Sequence record: SRR20825006_932
Reading direction: 5' to 3' (one strand)
DNA length: 35,680 nt
Shown here: in pieces, positions 9,448-18,073 of the stretch
Position numbering within the stretch: position 1 is the stretch's first letter
Layout of the letters: each line of letters starts with the position of its first letter
Translations under genes and position numbers: made by a program
Notes under the pieces: generated by a model
The model's input: the letters and a program-made list of their open reading frames with translations, nothing else
Database searches by the model: none
What the model was told of the DNA's origin: nothing

Positions 9448-10308
9448 ATGAAGTGCTTAATAATTGGTGGAGGCGGGCAGCTTGGTAAGGAGTGGGAAGA
9501 ATTCTGTAGTAAGAATAGTATCATTCATAAGAGTTTTGGTTCTAAAGATTTAGATATCACGAACTTTGTTTCTACTAATGCTATTCTTGAAGCGTACTTG
9601 CCTGACGTGGTGATAAATTGTGCTGCTTATACCAAAGTGGATTTAGCCGAAGATGAAAAAGAGCAAGCTTTTTTAATAAATAGTGAAGCCGTAAAAAACC
9701 TTTCTTCAACTTGTAAAAGTTTAAATATTAAACTCGTTCACTACTCTACAGATTATGTGTTTAGTGGTACATCAGAACATTTAGACTTAATACCTGAGGG
9801 TTTTTCAGAAGATTCTGATACAAAAGCTGTAAATGTCTATGGCGCGAGTAAGCTTGAAGGAGAAAAAGCTATTCAAGAGACTGGCTGCGATTTCTTAATA
9901 CTTCGTGTTTCTTGGTTATGTGGGAAATTTGGTAATAATTTTGTTAAGACCATGCTCAAATTAGCAGAAACAAGAAATGAGCTTAATGTTGTAAACGATC
10001 AGTATGGCAGTCCTACCTTTACTGAGAATGTTGTTCAAAACACATGGACTCTTATACAAGCAAATGAGCAGGGGATTTTTAACATCAGCTCAGAAGGACT
10101 ATGTACTTGGTTCGATTTTGCTACTGAAATTTTTAAGATAAAGGGGATGGAACTCAAGGTTCACCCTGTTACATCTGATGCTTTTCCAACAAAAGCAAAA
10201 AGGCCCAATTTTTCTAAGTTAAGCACCAAAAAAATCAGTAAAATTGAGAGTGCTAATATTGAAGAATGGAAAACTGGACTGCAGAAACTACTTAATCAAC
10301 TTAATTAA
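9448..10308 (+). CDS. rfbD: dTDP-4-dehydrorhamnose reductase (RmlD)
   Basis: GGGGQLG, INCAAYTKVDLAE, STDYVF, YGASKLEGE, VVNDQYGSPT and AKRP motifs. Confidence 0.96.
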   Translation: MKCLIIGGGGQLGKEWEEFCSKNSIIHKSFGSKDLDITNFVSTNAILEAYLPDVVINCAAYTKVDLAEDEKEQAFLINSEAVKNLSSTCKSLNIKLVHYSTDYVFSGTSEHLDLIPEGFSEDSDTKAVNVYGASKLEGEKAIQETGCDFLILRVSWLCGKFGNNFVKTMLKLAETRNELNVVNDQYGSPTFTENVVQNTWTLIQANEQGIFNISSEGLCTWFDFATEIFKIKGMELKVHPVTSDAFPTKAKRPNFSKLSTKKISKIESANIEEWKTGLQKLLNQLN

Positions 10309-10311
10309 TAA

Positions 10312-10857
10312 ATGAGAATAACTGACTGCAAAATCGAAGGGATAAAATTAATTGAACCTCGAGTATTTGAAGATGATCGTGGATATTTCTTTGAATCATT
10401 TCGAGACTCTATCTTTAAAGATACTGGGATAGGTGTAGAATTTGTACAAGACAATGTCTCTAAGTCATGTCAGAATACAGTTCGAGGATTGCATTATCAG
10501 ATTAAAAGCCCTCAAGACAAGCTAGTTACTTGTTTAAAAGGTACTATAATAGATGTAGCTGTAGATATACGAAAAGAATCGCCTACATTTGGACAACATT
10601 TAGCTTTTGAATTATCAGATGAAAACCATCGATTACTTCTTATCCCAAAAGGTTTTGCACATGGATTTTCGGTATTAAGTAAAGAGGCTATTATTAGCTA
10701 TAAATGTAGCGATTATTATAACCCTGATGGAGAGAGAGGGATCCGATGGGATGATCCATCTGTTCAAATTAACTGGAGAGTGAATAATCCTATTCTTTCG
10801 GATAAGGATAAAATTCTTCCATTACTTTCATTAACAAGAGAAGAAGACTTATTTTGA
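10312..10857 (+). CDS. rfbC: dTDP-4-dehydrorhamnose 3,5-epimerase (RmlC)
   Basis: FEDDRGYFFES, FVQDNxS, RGLHYQ, DVAVDIR, PKGFAHGF and LSDKD motifs. Confidence 0.97.
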   Translation: MRITDCKIEGIKLIEPRVFEDDRGYFFESFRDSIFKDTGIGVEFVQDNVSKSCQNTVRGLHYQIKSPQDKLVTCLKGTIIDVAVDIRKESPTFGQHLAFELSDENHRLLLIPKGFAHGFSVLSKEAIISYKCSDYYNPDGERGIRWDDPSVQINWRVNNPILSDKDKILPLLSLTREEDLF

Positions 10858-11870
10858 AAAAAATAATTATTACAGGCGGAGCAGGATTTATTGGCTCTAA
10901 TTTGATTCTAAATTTGTTCGAAAAATATCCAGATTGGGTAATTATGAACATAGATAAACTTACTTACGCTTCCGATTCATCTTACCTAAAACCATTTCGA
11001 GATTCTGAGCGATATTATTTCAAAAAAATAGATTTAATAAACAGAGACGAAGTTAAAGATATCGTAAAGACTTTTAAGCCAGATGGTGTAATTCATTTAG
11101 CGGCAGAATCTCACGTAGATAATTCTATTACGGGTCCAGAACCTTTTATTCTCTCAAATGTTTTGGGGACGTTTAACATTCTTGAAGAGTGCAGACAACT
11201 TTGGAAGGAAGATGAGAATGACTGGGCAAACAACCGTTTTCTACATGTTTCTACGGATGAAGTTTATGGTGCATTAGGTGATGAAGGGTTTTTTACTGAA
11301 AATACTCCTTACGCTCCGAATTCCCCATATTCGGCCTCAAAAGCGGGTAGCGATATGATTATCCGATCGTACTTTCATACATATGGAATGAACGTGGTTA
11401 CAACCAACTGTTCTAATAATTATGGGCCACATCAGCATGATGAAAAGTTGATACCCACTGTAATTCGGAACGCGATAAAGAAGCAACCTATTCCTGTTTA
11501 CGGCGCTGGACAGAATGTACGGGATTGGTTATTCGTCCACGATCATTGCTCAGCACTAGAAACTGCATTTTTAACCGGAAAAGCTGGTGAAACGTATAAT
11601 GTTGGTGGAAATAACGAGTGGAAGAACTTAGAACTCATTCATAAAATCTGTGATATCCTAAATGAAGAAGTAGGTCAAGGACCCGATGGGGATTACAAGA
11701 ACCTTATAAGCTTTGTAACGGATCGTTTAGGGCACGATTTTAGATACGCTATTGATGCTTCAAAAATAAAGAATGAATTAAGCTGGGAACCATCTCAAGA
11801 TTTTGATGGAATGTTACGGCAAACAGTTTTGTGGTATATAAAGAAATACACCGCACCAAAAAAAGCATAG
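10854..11870 (+). CDS. rfbB: dTDP-glucose 4,6-dehydratase (RmlB)
   Basis: TGGAGFIG, DKLTYA, HLAAESHVD, STDEVYG, SPYSASKA, NCSNNYGP and DRLGHDFRYAID motifs. The TTG start overlaps the rfbC stop. Confidence 0.97.
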   Translation: MKKIIITGGAGFIGSNLILNLFEKYPDWVIMNIDKLTYASDSSYLKPFRDSERYYFKKIDLINRDEVKDIVKTFKPDGVIHLAAESHVDNSITGPEPFILSNVLGTFNILEECRQLWKEDENDWANNRFLHVSTDEVYGALGDEGFFTENTPYAPNSPYSASKAGSDMIIRSYFHTYGMNVVTTNCSNNYGPHQHDEKLIPTVIRNAIKKQPIPVYGAGQNVRDWLFVHDHCSALETAFLTGKAGETYNVGGNNEWKNLELIHKICDILNEEVGQGPDGDYKNLISFVTDRLGHDFRYAIDASKIKNELSWEPSQDFDGMLRQTVLWYIKKYTAPKKA

Positions 11871-11876
11871 TGAATT

Positions 11877-12344
11877 ATGAGTGAGAATAGATATTGGTTA
11901 ATGAAATCGGAACCTGATGCGTATAGTATCGATGATTTAGTTAGAGATGTAGTAGAGCCTTGGGATGGCATTAGAAATTACGAAGCTCGTAATTTTATGC
12001 GAGACAGAATGAAAGTTGGCGACAAAATTTTCTTCTATCATTCTAATGCTAAACCGATTGCAATAGTTGGTACGATGGAAGTAGCGAGCGAGCCATACCC
12101 TGATGCGCTACAGTTCGACCCTGATTCAAAATATTTCGATCCTAAGAGTAAAGAATCTGCCCCAAGATGGGAATTGGTAGATGTTAAATTCATCCAGAAA
12201 TTCGAGAAGCCAGTTACTAGAGAAGCAATGAAAGAAGAGGAAGCATTACAAGAAATGCTGATTTTTAAACGTAGTCGCCTTTCCATCACACCTGTAACCG
12301 AAGCTGAATGGAAGAAGATTAACGAAATGGCCGGCGCTAAATAA
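11877..12344 (+). CDS. EVE domain protein (THYN1-like, PUA fold)
   Basis: YWLMKSEP, WDGIRNYEARNFMR, FFYHSN, YFDPKS, PRW..VDV and RLSITPV motifs. Confidence 0.93.
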   Translation: MSENRYWLMKSEPDAYSIDDLVRDVVEPWDGIRNYEARNFMRDRMKVGDKIFFYHSNAKPIAIVGTMEVASEPYPDALQFDPDSKYFDPKSKESAPRWELVDVKFIQKFEKPVTREAMKEEEALQEMLIFKRSRLSITPVTEAEWKKINEMAGAK

Positions 12345-12360
12345 CCCAGCCAAATTTTCT

Positions 12361-13002
12361 CTACTTATTACCAAACCTAGGAGCTACTTTAAAACGTAGA
12401 ACTGTCTTTAATTTTTCAGGCGCTGTTTTACGGAAATCTGACAAATAGATTTCTCTATGAACTTTTGAAAGCCGATCAAATCCTTGTTCGACCGCAAAAA
12501 TTTCCATTCGCTCAAAACTTTCTGATTCATTGTCATAACTCCCAATATGCAACATCTGAATACAAGCACCTTCTGAAATGGTCTCAAAGACAACATTATC
12601 TAATAGGGGATGTGGTTTCTTTGCTTTAGTGAGATCTAACATTTCCTGAAAAAAGGCTTTTTCTACAAAGTGGGGTTGACGAATCATCAGCTTAAAGACT
12701 AGGTCGTCTTTATTGATAGTTCCTGTAAAGTTCTTTTTAGCTTCTTCGTTAATGTCCCAAAGCCCTTCTAGAGGATAAACGGTATAATCAGTATAGTCTT
12801 TTAGGCTAACTCTCTTTTTAAGTGTCATTTTAATTGCATAGGAGATAGAATATAGCACGCTGATGTACTCAGGAAAAGAGCTACTGTTTGGGTTTCCTTC
12901 ACCTTTAATAGTTAGAAACTGAAAAGCGGGGATGTTGATAAATTCAGGGGTGTTTTTGGGAAGATAGATTTCCTTTTCCCTTTTTCTCCATTCGTACTTC
13001 AT
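12361..13002 (-). CDS. GyrI-like small-molecule-binding domain protein
   Basis: KGEGNPN, VYPLEGLW, LMIRQP, IQMLHIGSYDNE and HREIYLSDFRKTAPEKLKTVLR motifs. Confidence 0.88.
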   Translation of the reverse strand: MKYEWRKREKEIYLPKNTPEFINIPAFQFLTIKGEGNPNSSSFPEYISVLYSISYAIKMTLKKRVSLKDYTDYTVYPLEGLWDINEEAKKNFTGTINKDDLVFKLMIRQPHFVEKAFFQEMLDLTKAKKPHPLLDNVVFETISEGACIQMLHIGSYDNESESFERMEIFAVEQGFDRLSKVHREIYLSDFRKTAPEKLKTVLRFKVAPRFGNK

Positions 13003-13043
13003 GAGCTAATATTTTAAAATGATACACAAATATATAAAAAGCT

Positions 13044-13063
13044 ACTGACAGCCCTGTGTCAGT
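13044..13063. promoter_or_regulatory. Palindromic operator ACTGACA-N6-TGTCAGT upstream of the GyrI-like gene
   Basis: Perfect 7-bp inverted repeat 42-61 bp upstream of the minus-strand ATG at 13002. A TATATTTG element (TAnnTTTG-like) lies on the minus strand at 13027-13034. Confidence 0.7.
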
Positions 13064-13191
13064 GGTGGAAGTAATTTTTTTGTGGACGATGTATCATTTC
13101 ATATCCAACCCAAAATAAATCTCTTCACTTCCTAGTTTGCCTAAAGTGATAGGGTTATTATCTTCTTATAAAATTGAACACGCCTAAGTAA

Positions 13192-14406
13192 ATGAATAAA
13201 GTTTCAAAAGAAGTACATCTACGCACAAAAGGGGTTTTACCTGTCCAAAAACTTCGAGTTCTTAATGAATGGGGAATTATTGGTGCACATCCCGATTACC
13301 CAATTGAAGACAATCAGTTCCAGCCCAATTCCTTAGATCTTCGTTTAGGAGAGAAAGCTTACCGCGTACGATGTAGTTTTTTACCCGAAAGTGAGACCGT
13401 TGAGGAAAAGATTCAAAAGTTAGAACAATACTCGTTTTCTATAAAAGATGGTGCGGTTTTAGAAGAAAATTGTGTGTACATCATTCCACTTTTAGAAAGA
13501 TTGGATTTGCCAAAGTCACAGACTTCAACGCATTATAAGCCAGGCGCTGATTCCAATTCCGATGAAAGCCTTCATCTTGCGACCTTAGAGAGCTTATCGG
13601 CTAAAGCAAACCCTAAGAGCTCAACAGGTCGCTTGGATGTGTTTACACGCGTTATAACAGACCATTCGCATCGCTTTGAGGAGATTACCCCAGGTTATAA
13701 AGGGAACTTGTACTTAGAAGTTGTTCCAAAATCATTTTCAATAAAAGTGAAAACAGGGCAGCGCTTAAATCAGCTTAGAGTTCGGCATGGTTTTGAAGTT
13801 GTTGCCGATCAAGATTTACTGAGAATCCACGCTGCGGAACCGTTGCTTTACAACGAGCGTGTTGAGCCTGTGAATATGGAACAGATTAAAGTAAATAAAG
13901 GTCTGTTTATGAGTGTTCAACTTAAAGGAAAAAAAGGCGATGTAATTGGTTACAAAGCTAAAAAGCATAGCAATTCTATAGATTTAGAAAACCTAAATTA
14001 TTACGAAGTAGAAGAATTCTGGGAGCCAATTCTTGCAACTCCAGATAGTGCTATAATTCTTGAGCCTGAAGCATTTTATATTTTTGCATCTAAAGAACGC
14101 ATTCGAATTCCTGAGCATTTAGCCTGCGAAATGATGGCCTACGATACTGGGTCTGGAGAGTTGAGAACTCATTATGCGGGTTTCTTTGATAGTGGTTTTG
14201 GTGGAAGTATTGATGATAAAGGTGCTAGAGCTGTACTCGAAGTTCGCTCGCATGATGTTCCTTTTATGATAGAGGATGGCCAAACTTTATTTAGTATGCA
14301 GTTTGAACCAAATACAGAGAATCCCGAATTTATGTACGGAAGCGATATAGCAAGTAATTACCAGGGACAAGGTCTTAAATTAGGTAAGCACTTTAAGCAG
14401 AAATGA
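13192..14406 (+). CDS. dcd: 2'-deoxycytidine 5'-triphosphate deaminase, long two-domain type
   Basis: QPNSLDLRLG, YRVRCSFLP, ANPKSSTGRLDVFTR, GELRTHYAGFFDSGFG, AVLEVRSHDVPF and SNYQGQGLKL motifs. Confidence 0.92.
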   Translation: MNKVSKEVHLRTKGVLPVQKLRVLNEWGIIGAHPDYPIEDNQFQPNSLDLRLGEKAYRVRCSFLPESETVEEKIQKLEQYSFSIKDGAVLEENCVYIIPLLERLDLPKSQTSTHYKPGADSNSDESLHLATLESLSAKANPKSSTGRLDVFTRVITDHSHRFEEITPGYKGNLYLEVVPKSFSIKVKTGQRLNQLRVRHGFEVVADQDLLRIHAAEPLLYNERVEPVNMEQIKVNKGLFMSVQLKGKKGDVIGYKAKKHSNSIDLENLNYYEVEEFWEPILATPDSAIILEPEAFYIFASKERIRIPEHLACEMMAYDTGSGELRTHYAGFFDSGFGGSIDDKGARAVLEVRSHDVPFMIEDGQTLFSMQFEPNTENPEFMYGSDIASNYQGQGLKLGKHFKQK

Positions 14407-14618
14407 GTCGCTTTTTGGTAACACGATGTATTTGCCATGATAAAAGCTTCGAAGAAATAAAGGGTTTTGCGCAAGAAAATGACATTACCGATGTGAGAGA
14501 ATTACAAGCTTTAAATTATTGTAGTAATAGCTGTAGACTCTGTGCACCTTATGTTGAAATGGTTTTGGAAACAGGGGAAACGGAATTTACTCCTGGTGCT
14601 TATTATGGAAGGAAATAG
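14403..14618 (+). CDS. BFD-like [2Fe-2S]-binding small protein
   Basis: 71 aa with CxC (CIC) and distal CSNSCRLC cysteines. ATGA overlap with the dcd stop. Confidence 0.75.
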   Translation: MSRFLVTRCICHDKSFEEIKGFAQENDITDVRELQALNYCSNSCRLCAPYVEMVLETGETEFTPGAYYGRK

Positions 14619-14623
14619 ATAGA

Positions 14624-15316
14624 ATGAATTATTTTTATGCCCCACCTCAGCAATGGATAAATCAACACGAGGTTGAAATATTTGGACAAGAAGCACAGCA
14701 TATTATAAAAGTACTACGCTACAATGTAGGAGATACAATCCATATTGCAAATGGTGAAGGGAAAATCTATGAATGTGAGATTAACTCAGTTTCGAAGCAA
14801 AAACTAACCGCGATTCTAGGGACTTTTGTAGAAGAGGAAGTGCCAGAGTTAGCTAAAGTGCTTGCTTTAGGAGTTATTAGAATAAGAGATCGATTTGAGT
14901 TTGCAATCGAGAAAGCGGTAGAACTTGGCGCGACCGAAATCTGTATATTCAGTGCCGATCACACTGAGCGAACGAAAATAAACGAAGACCGGCTAAAGCT
15001 ACTTATTGTAAGTGCGTTTAAGCAAAGTGGACGCTTTTGGTTGCCGGATTTAGTAGTCCTTAAATCGTTAGACCAAGTATATAAATACTATGATGATTTT
15101 GACTTTATAATGGCACACGAAGAAACTTCGCTAACAAACCGTACCGATATACTGAGCAACGATAGTGTATTAATAGTGGGTCCTGAAGGAGGCTTTTCGG
15201 AACGCGAACTGACTCTGAATAAGAATAACGCTGGAGAGTTTATCTCTTTGGGGAAAAATAGACTTCGTGCTGAAACAGCGGTTACAGCACTCTTGTCACA
15301 GTATTTATTTTCCTAA
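14624..15316 (+). CDS. rsmE: 16S rRNA m3U1498 methyltransferase
   Basis: HIIKVLR, EKAVELG, AFKQSGR, IVGPEGGFS and LGKNRLRAETA motifs. Confidence 0.95.
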   Translation: MNYFYAPPQQWINQHEVEIFGQEAQHIIKVLRYNVGDTIHIANGEGKIYECEINSVSKQKLTAILGTFVEEEVPELAKVLALGVIRIRDRFEFAIEKAVELGATEICIFSADHTERTKINEDRLKLLIVSAFKQSGRFWLPDLVVLKSLDQVYKYYDDFDFIMAHEETSLTNRTDILSNDSVLIVGPEGGFSERELTLNKNNAGEFISLGKNRLRAETAVTALLSQYLFS

Positions 15317-15329
15317 TATTTATCAGCAA

Positions 15330-15824
15330 TTAAAAAGTATTAGTATTTGAGGAATCAGTAGCTACAGTGTCAGATGGTATTGTAAGTCCAATAACCTGAT
15401 ATCCATCCACTACACTTATAGGGAGAAGCTTATCGTCCCATGTAGCATCTTCTACGGCATAAAGCTTGGTATTACACTTGCTAATATAAGTTGAAAAAAC
15501 CAAATTGAGCTTTAGTGATTTATTTGAGCTGAGGTTCAGCTCATAGGTGTTATCTCTAAGGTCTAAGCCATCTTCAATAATAGTTAAGAGATTTCGAAAA
15601 GAAAAATCGTCTGGAAAAACTCTACCAACAAGTACATCACCATTTGTGAGCGTAAGGTCTGGGTAACCATAAGTACCGTTTGCAATAAGGTTGTTGCCGC
15701 TAGCGTCGGTAATTTCAATAAAAGACAGCTCTATATTATTTCTATATATGTCGCATTCATCATCTTTTGGGAAGCATGAAGTCAAAGAAAATATTATTAA
15801 TGCGTAAAGAGGTAATAATTTCAT
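15330..15824 (-). CDS. Hypothetical lipoprotein
   Basis: 164-aa ORF with a lipobox signal peptide MKLLPLYALIIFSLTS-C. Confidence 0.75.
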   Translation of the reverse strand: MKLLPLYALIIFSLTSCFPKDDECDIYRNNIELSFIEITDASGNNLIANGTYGYPDLTLTNGDVLVGRVFPDDFSFRNLLTIIEDGLDLRDNTYELNLSSNKSLKLNLVFSTYISKCNTKLYAVEDATWDDKLLPISVVDGYQVIGLTIPSDTVATDSSNTNTF

Positions 15825-15935
15825 TTTTTAATTCTTAGAATCTATAATTTTAATTGTGCAGTAGCCAACATTGTTCCTAGAAAGGCAGAGAATATACAGA
15901 ATTATACGCTTAAAGGGAGTAGAAAAGCCAGATTC

Positions 15936-16121
15936 TTATTTATCGGAAGAGTTTTTGATTATCTTGTAAAGTAAGATAACAGCAATGTCTAAACCAATAC
16001 TCACTCCGAAAATTAGCCCATAATAAAAATCGCTTGGGCCATTAAATTCAAACGGTTTTGTAGAAAGAGCTACCGTAAGTAGAGCCATTGTAACAACAAT
16101 AAATCCGAATATTTTTTTCAT
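15936..16121 (-). CDS. Small two-helix membrane protein, hypothetical
   Basis: 61 aa, ATG start, two hydrophobic segments and a basic tail; fills an intergenic gap. Confidence 0.6.
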   Translation of the reverse strand: MKKIFGFIVVTMALLTVALSTKPFEFNGPSDFYYGLIFGVSIGLDIAVILLYKIIKNSSDK

Positions 16122-16272
16122 GACATTTTGTGATCGTTTCTATCCTAACTTACTAGTAATGTTAAGACGAAGCTAAAATACTTTTTTTATCTATAACCTG
16201 AGAACTATTTTATTTTAAATATTGAAAAATAAAGCTTTAAAGGAGCCTGATTTTTTAAATTACAACGTGCAG

Positions 16273-16623
16273 CTATTTAAGATTTCTCTTTTTTGAAGCT
16301 TTTGCATGAGGATTAAAATCTAGACATAGCTGAACCCAATAGTTTAAATCGTCCTCCTTGTCGATAGCAAATTCATCGACTAGTACATACCCTTTGAGAG
16401 GTCGGCCGGTAAACTCCATCAGGTGACACCCTTCACTTTCTAGAGCTCCATCGTATTTTTCAGGCCCAACTCTTGCCATGAGCGAGTCTCCCATAATACC
16501 GAGACACATTTTGTTGTCTACCATGTAGCAGAGACCCCCAAACATTTTCTTTTCTTCAAAATTTATAGAAAGGCTTTTAAATAAGTTTGAAATCCTATCA
16601 GCTAAAAATTCGTTGTATGCCAT
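16273..16623 (-). CDS. TfoX/Sxy N-terminal domain protein
   Basis: MAYNEFLADRI, EKKMFGGLCYMV, LMARVG and MEFTGRPLKGYV motifs. Confidence 0.9.
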   Translation of the reverse strand: MAYNEFLADRISNLFKSLSINFEEKKMFGGLCYMVDNKMCLGIMGDSLMARVGPEKYDGALESEGCHLMEFTGRPLKGYVLVDEFAIDKEDDLNYWVQLCLDFNPHAKASKKRNLK

Positions 16624-16679
16624 AAAAGTATGATTTGTTTACTCTATAACAGCTTGAGATGAGTAATGGGGACATTTTA

Positions 16680-17387
16680 TTATCTTAGAAATCGAGTATA
16701 GGCATAGCCTACTAGAATGGCGATACCGAAACTGATGAGAGTTCCAATTAAAATATACTCGGTTAGTTTTCGATCTTTTGACTCTTTTAAATCGCCAAAC
16801 CTAAATACCGATTTCGCAGCAATTAAGAAGCCAATGGCATCCCAATTTCCTGTTACAACAAATACGAAAACAAAAAGGCGTTCTAGTATTCCAATATATT
16901 TCCCAGCGTTTTCTAGTGATTCATTGGCGCCTTCCTCTGTTTGAGGAGACCAATTAGAGATGAGTACTTTAATAATTATTGATGTCGGCTGAGTTAAAAA
17001 GTAAAGGCTTATTACACTTAGCAAAAACCAAGTGCTTTGTAGCCAAGCAAGGGAGAATTCATTTCCTTCATAGTACATCCAAACAGTACTCAATACTAAA
17101 ATATGTAAGGCCTGATCTAGGAAGAATAGATATTTTCCATTTTTAGAACTTTGGAAACTTAATTTAGAGGCATCGATCAAAAAGTGAGTGATGACGATAA
17201 ATAGAATACCAGCCCAATATTGAGTATCCCAAAGAAGAATCGAGGTTACTGCAGCATGGAAGAAGATGTGATAATATAAAGCGGGAGATTTGAGTTTTTT
17301 CTCTTCTTTGCTTTTAACCGATTTGCTAGATTGCAGGAGAAAATCGCCAATGAGATGAGCAAGTATAAGCTTTAGGAATAAAATCAC
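16680..17387 (-). CDS. DUF3307 family multi-pass membrane protein
   Basis: AHLIGDFLLQ, HIFFH, HFLID, DQALH, then AGKYIGILER, AAKSVFRF and EYILIGTLIS. The GTG start overlaps the satD stop. Confidence 0.9.
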   Translation of the reverse strand: MILFLKLILAHLIGDFLLQSSKSVKSKEEKKLKSPALYYHIFFHAAVTSILLWDTQYWAGILFIVITHFLIDASKLSFQSSKNGKYLFFLDQALHILVLSTVWMYYEGNEFSLAWLQSTWFLLSVISLYFLTQPTSIIIKVLISNWSPQTEEGANESLENAGKYIGILERLFVFVFVVTGNWDAIGFLIAAKSVFRFGDLKESKDRKLTEYILIGTLISFGIAILVGYAYTRFLR

Positions 17388-18004
17388 GATAAGTTCTCCA
17401 GCGTTTTAAGTTCTTTTCTGAACAAGGTTTCCATTTCAAGAATATCGGGTAAATACGATCTTTGTTGGCGCTCACTTACAGAAGATTGGGAAATCCCTAA
17501 CATGGATCCGATTTCTGTTTGTGAAGCTGTGGGGTTTTGTAAACTTAACTTCACAAACTCAGCGGCTCCTAGAGTCCAATTATCCATAGCAATTAGAGCA
17601 AGTTTAAGGTATAAGTTTATACGCTCATCGAACCTCGACTTCCCAGTAAAAATGCCTAAAGATTGGCGAAGATTCTTTAGCGACTCAAATCCTTCTCCAG
17701 AGCGAATAAAGGCACTACCATTGGCCTCAGAGATATTATTAGCGTCATGGCTCTTTTTACCGATGCCAATCGCCATACGAACATCTAGACCTTTGATGGT
17801 TTTTATTGCAGCTTTAATTTTTATGCACTGTAATAATGCTTCATCAGGGGCCGGTACTTCTACCTGAAAACTATCGCCTCTATAAATTTCCCACCGCTTA
17901 GGAGCACTACCCAAATTATTTAACTCTTGTTTCAAAACTGCTAACCACAGTTCTGCATCAATGGATCTTGAGTTAATGATATCGCCTGTTATAATACTTG
18001 TCAT
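17384..18004 (-). CDS. satD: SatD family protein (nucleotide-cyclase-like N-domain plus C-terminal HTH)
   Basis: ITGDIINSR, YRGDSFQ, RMAIGIG and NGSAF motifs, plus HTH SQTEIGSMLGISQSSVSER. Confidence 0.85.
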   Translation of the reverse strand: MTSIITGDIINSRSIDAELWLAVLKQELNNLGSAPKRWEIYRGDSFQVEVPAPDEALLQCIKIKAAIKTIKGLDVRMAIGIGKKSHDANNISEANGSAFIRSGEGFESLKNLRQSLGIFTGKSRFDERINLYLKLALIAMDNWTLGAAEFVKLSLQNPTASQTEIGSMLGISQSSVSERQQRSYLPDILEMETLFRKELKTLENLS

Positions 18005-18009
18005 GGTTT

Positions 18010-18060
18010 AATATCGGTTAAAATACCTATAATTCAAAATATCGGTTAAAAAGCCTATAA
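18010..18060. promoter_or_regulatory. Tandem 23-bp quasi-palindromic operator pair directly upstream of satD
   Basis: AATATCGGTTAAAATACCTATAA (18010-18032) and AATATCGGTTAAAAAGCCTATAA (18038-18060): 21/23 identical, 28-bp period, each TATCGGT-N6-RCCTATA. Confidence 0.8.
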
Positions 18061-18073
18061 ATTGAATTATCTG

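Noticed and set aside
11877..14406. EVE + dcd + dTDP-sugar genes read as a DNA hypermodification or restriction system
   Set aside because: No glycosyltransferase, hydroxymethylase, methylase or nuclease is present, and dcd is in a separate transcription unit.
18010..18060. Possible mini-CRISPR or insertion target-site duplication
   Set aside because: Only two copies with a 5-bp gap, and no cas, transposase or integrase genes; an operator fits better.
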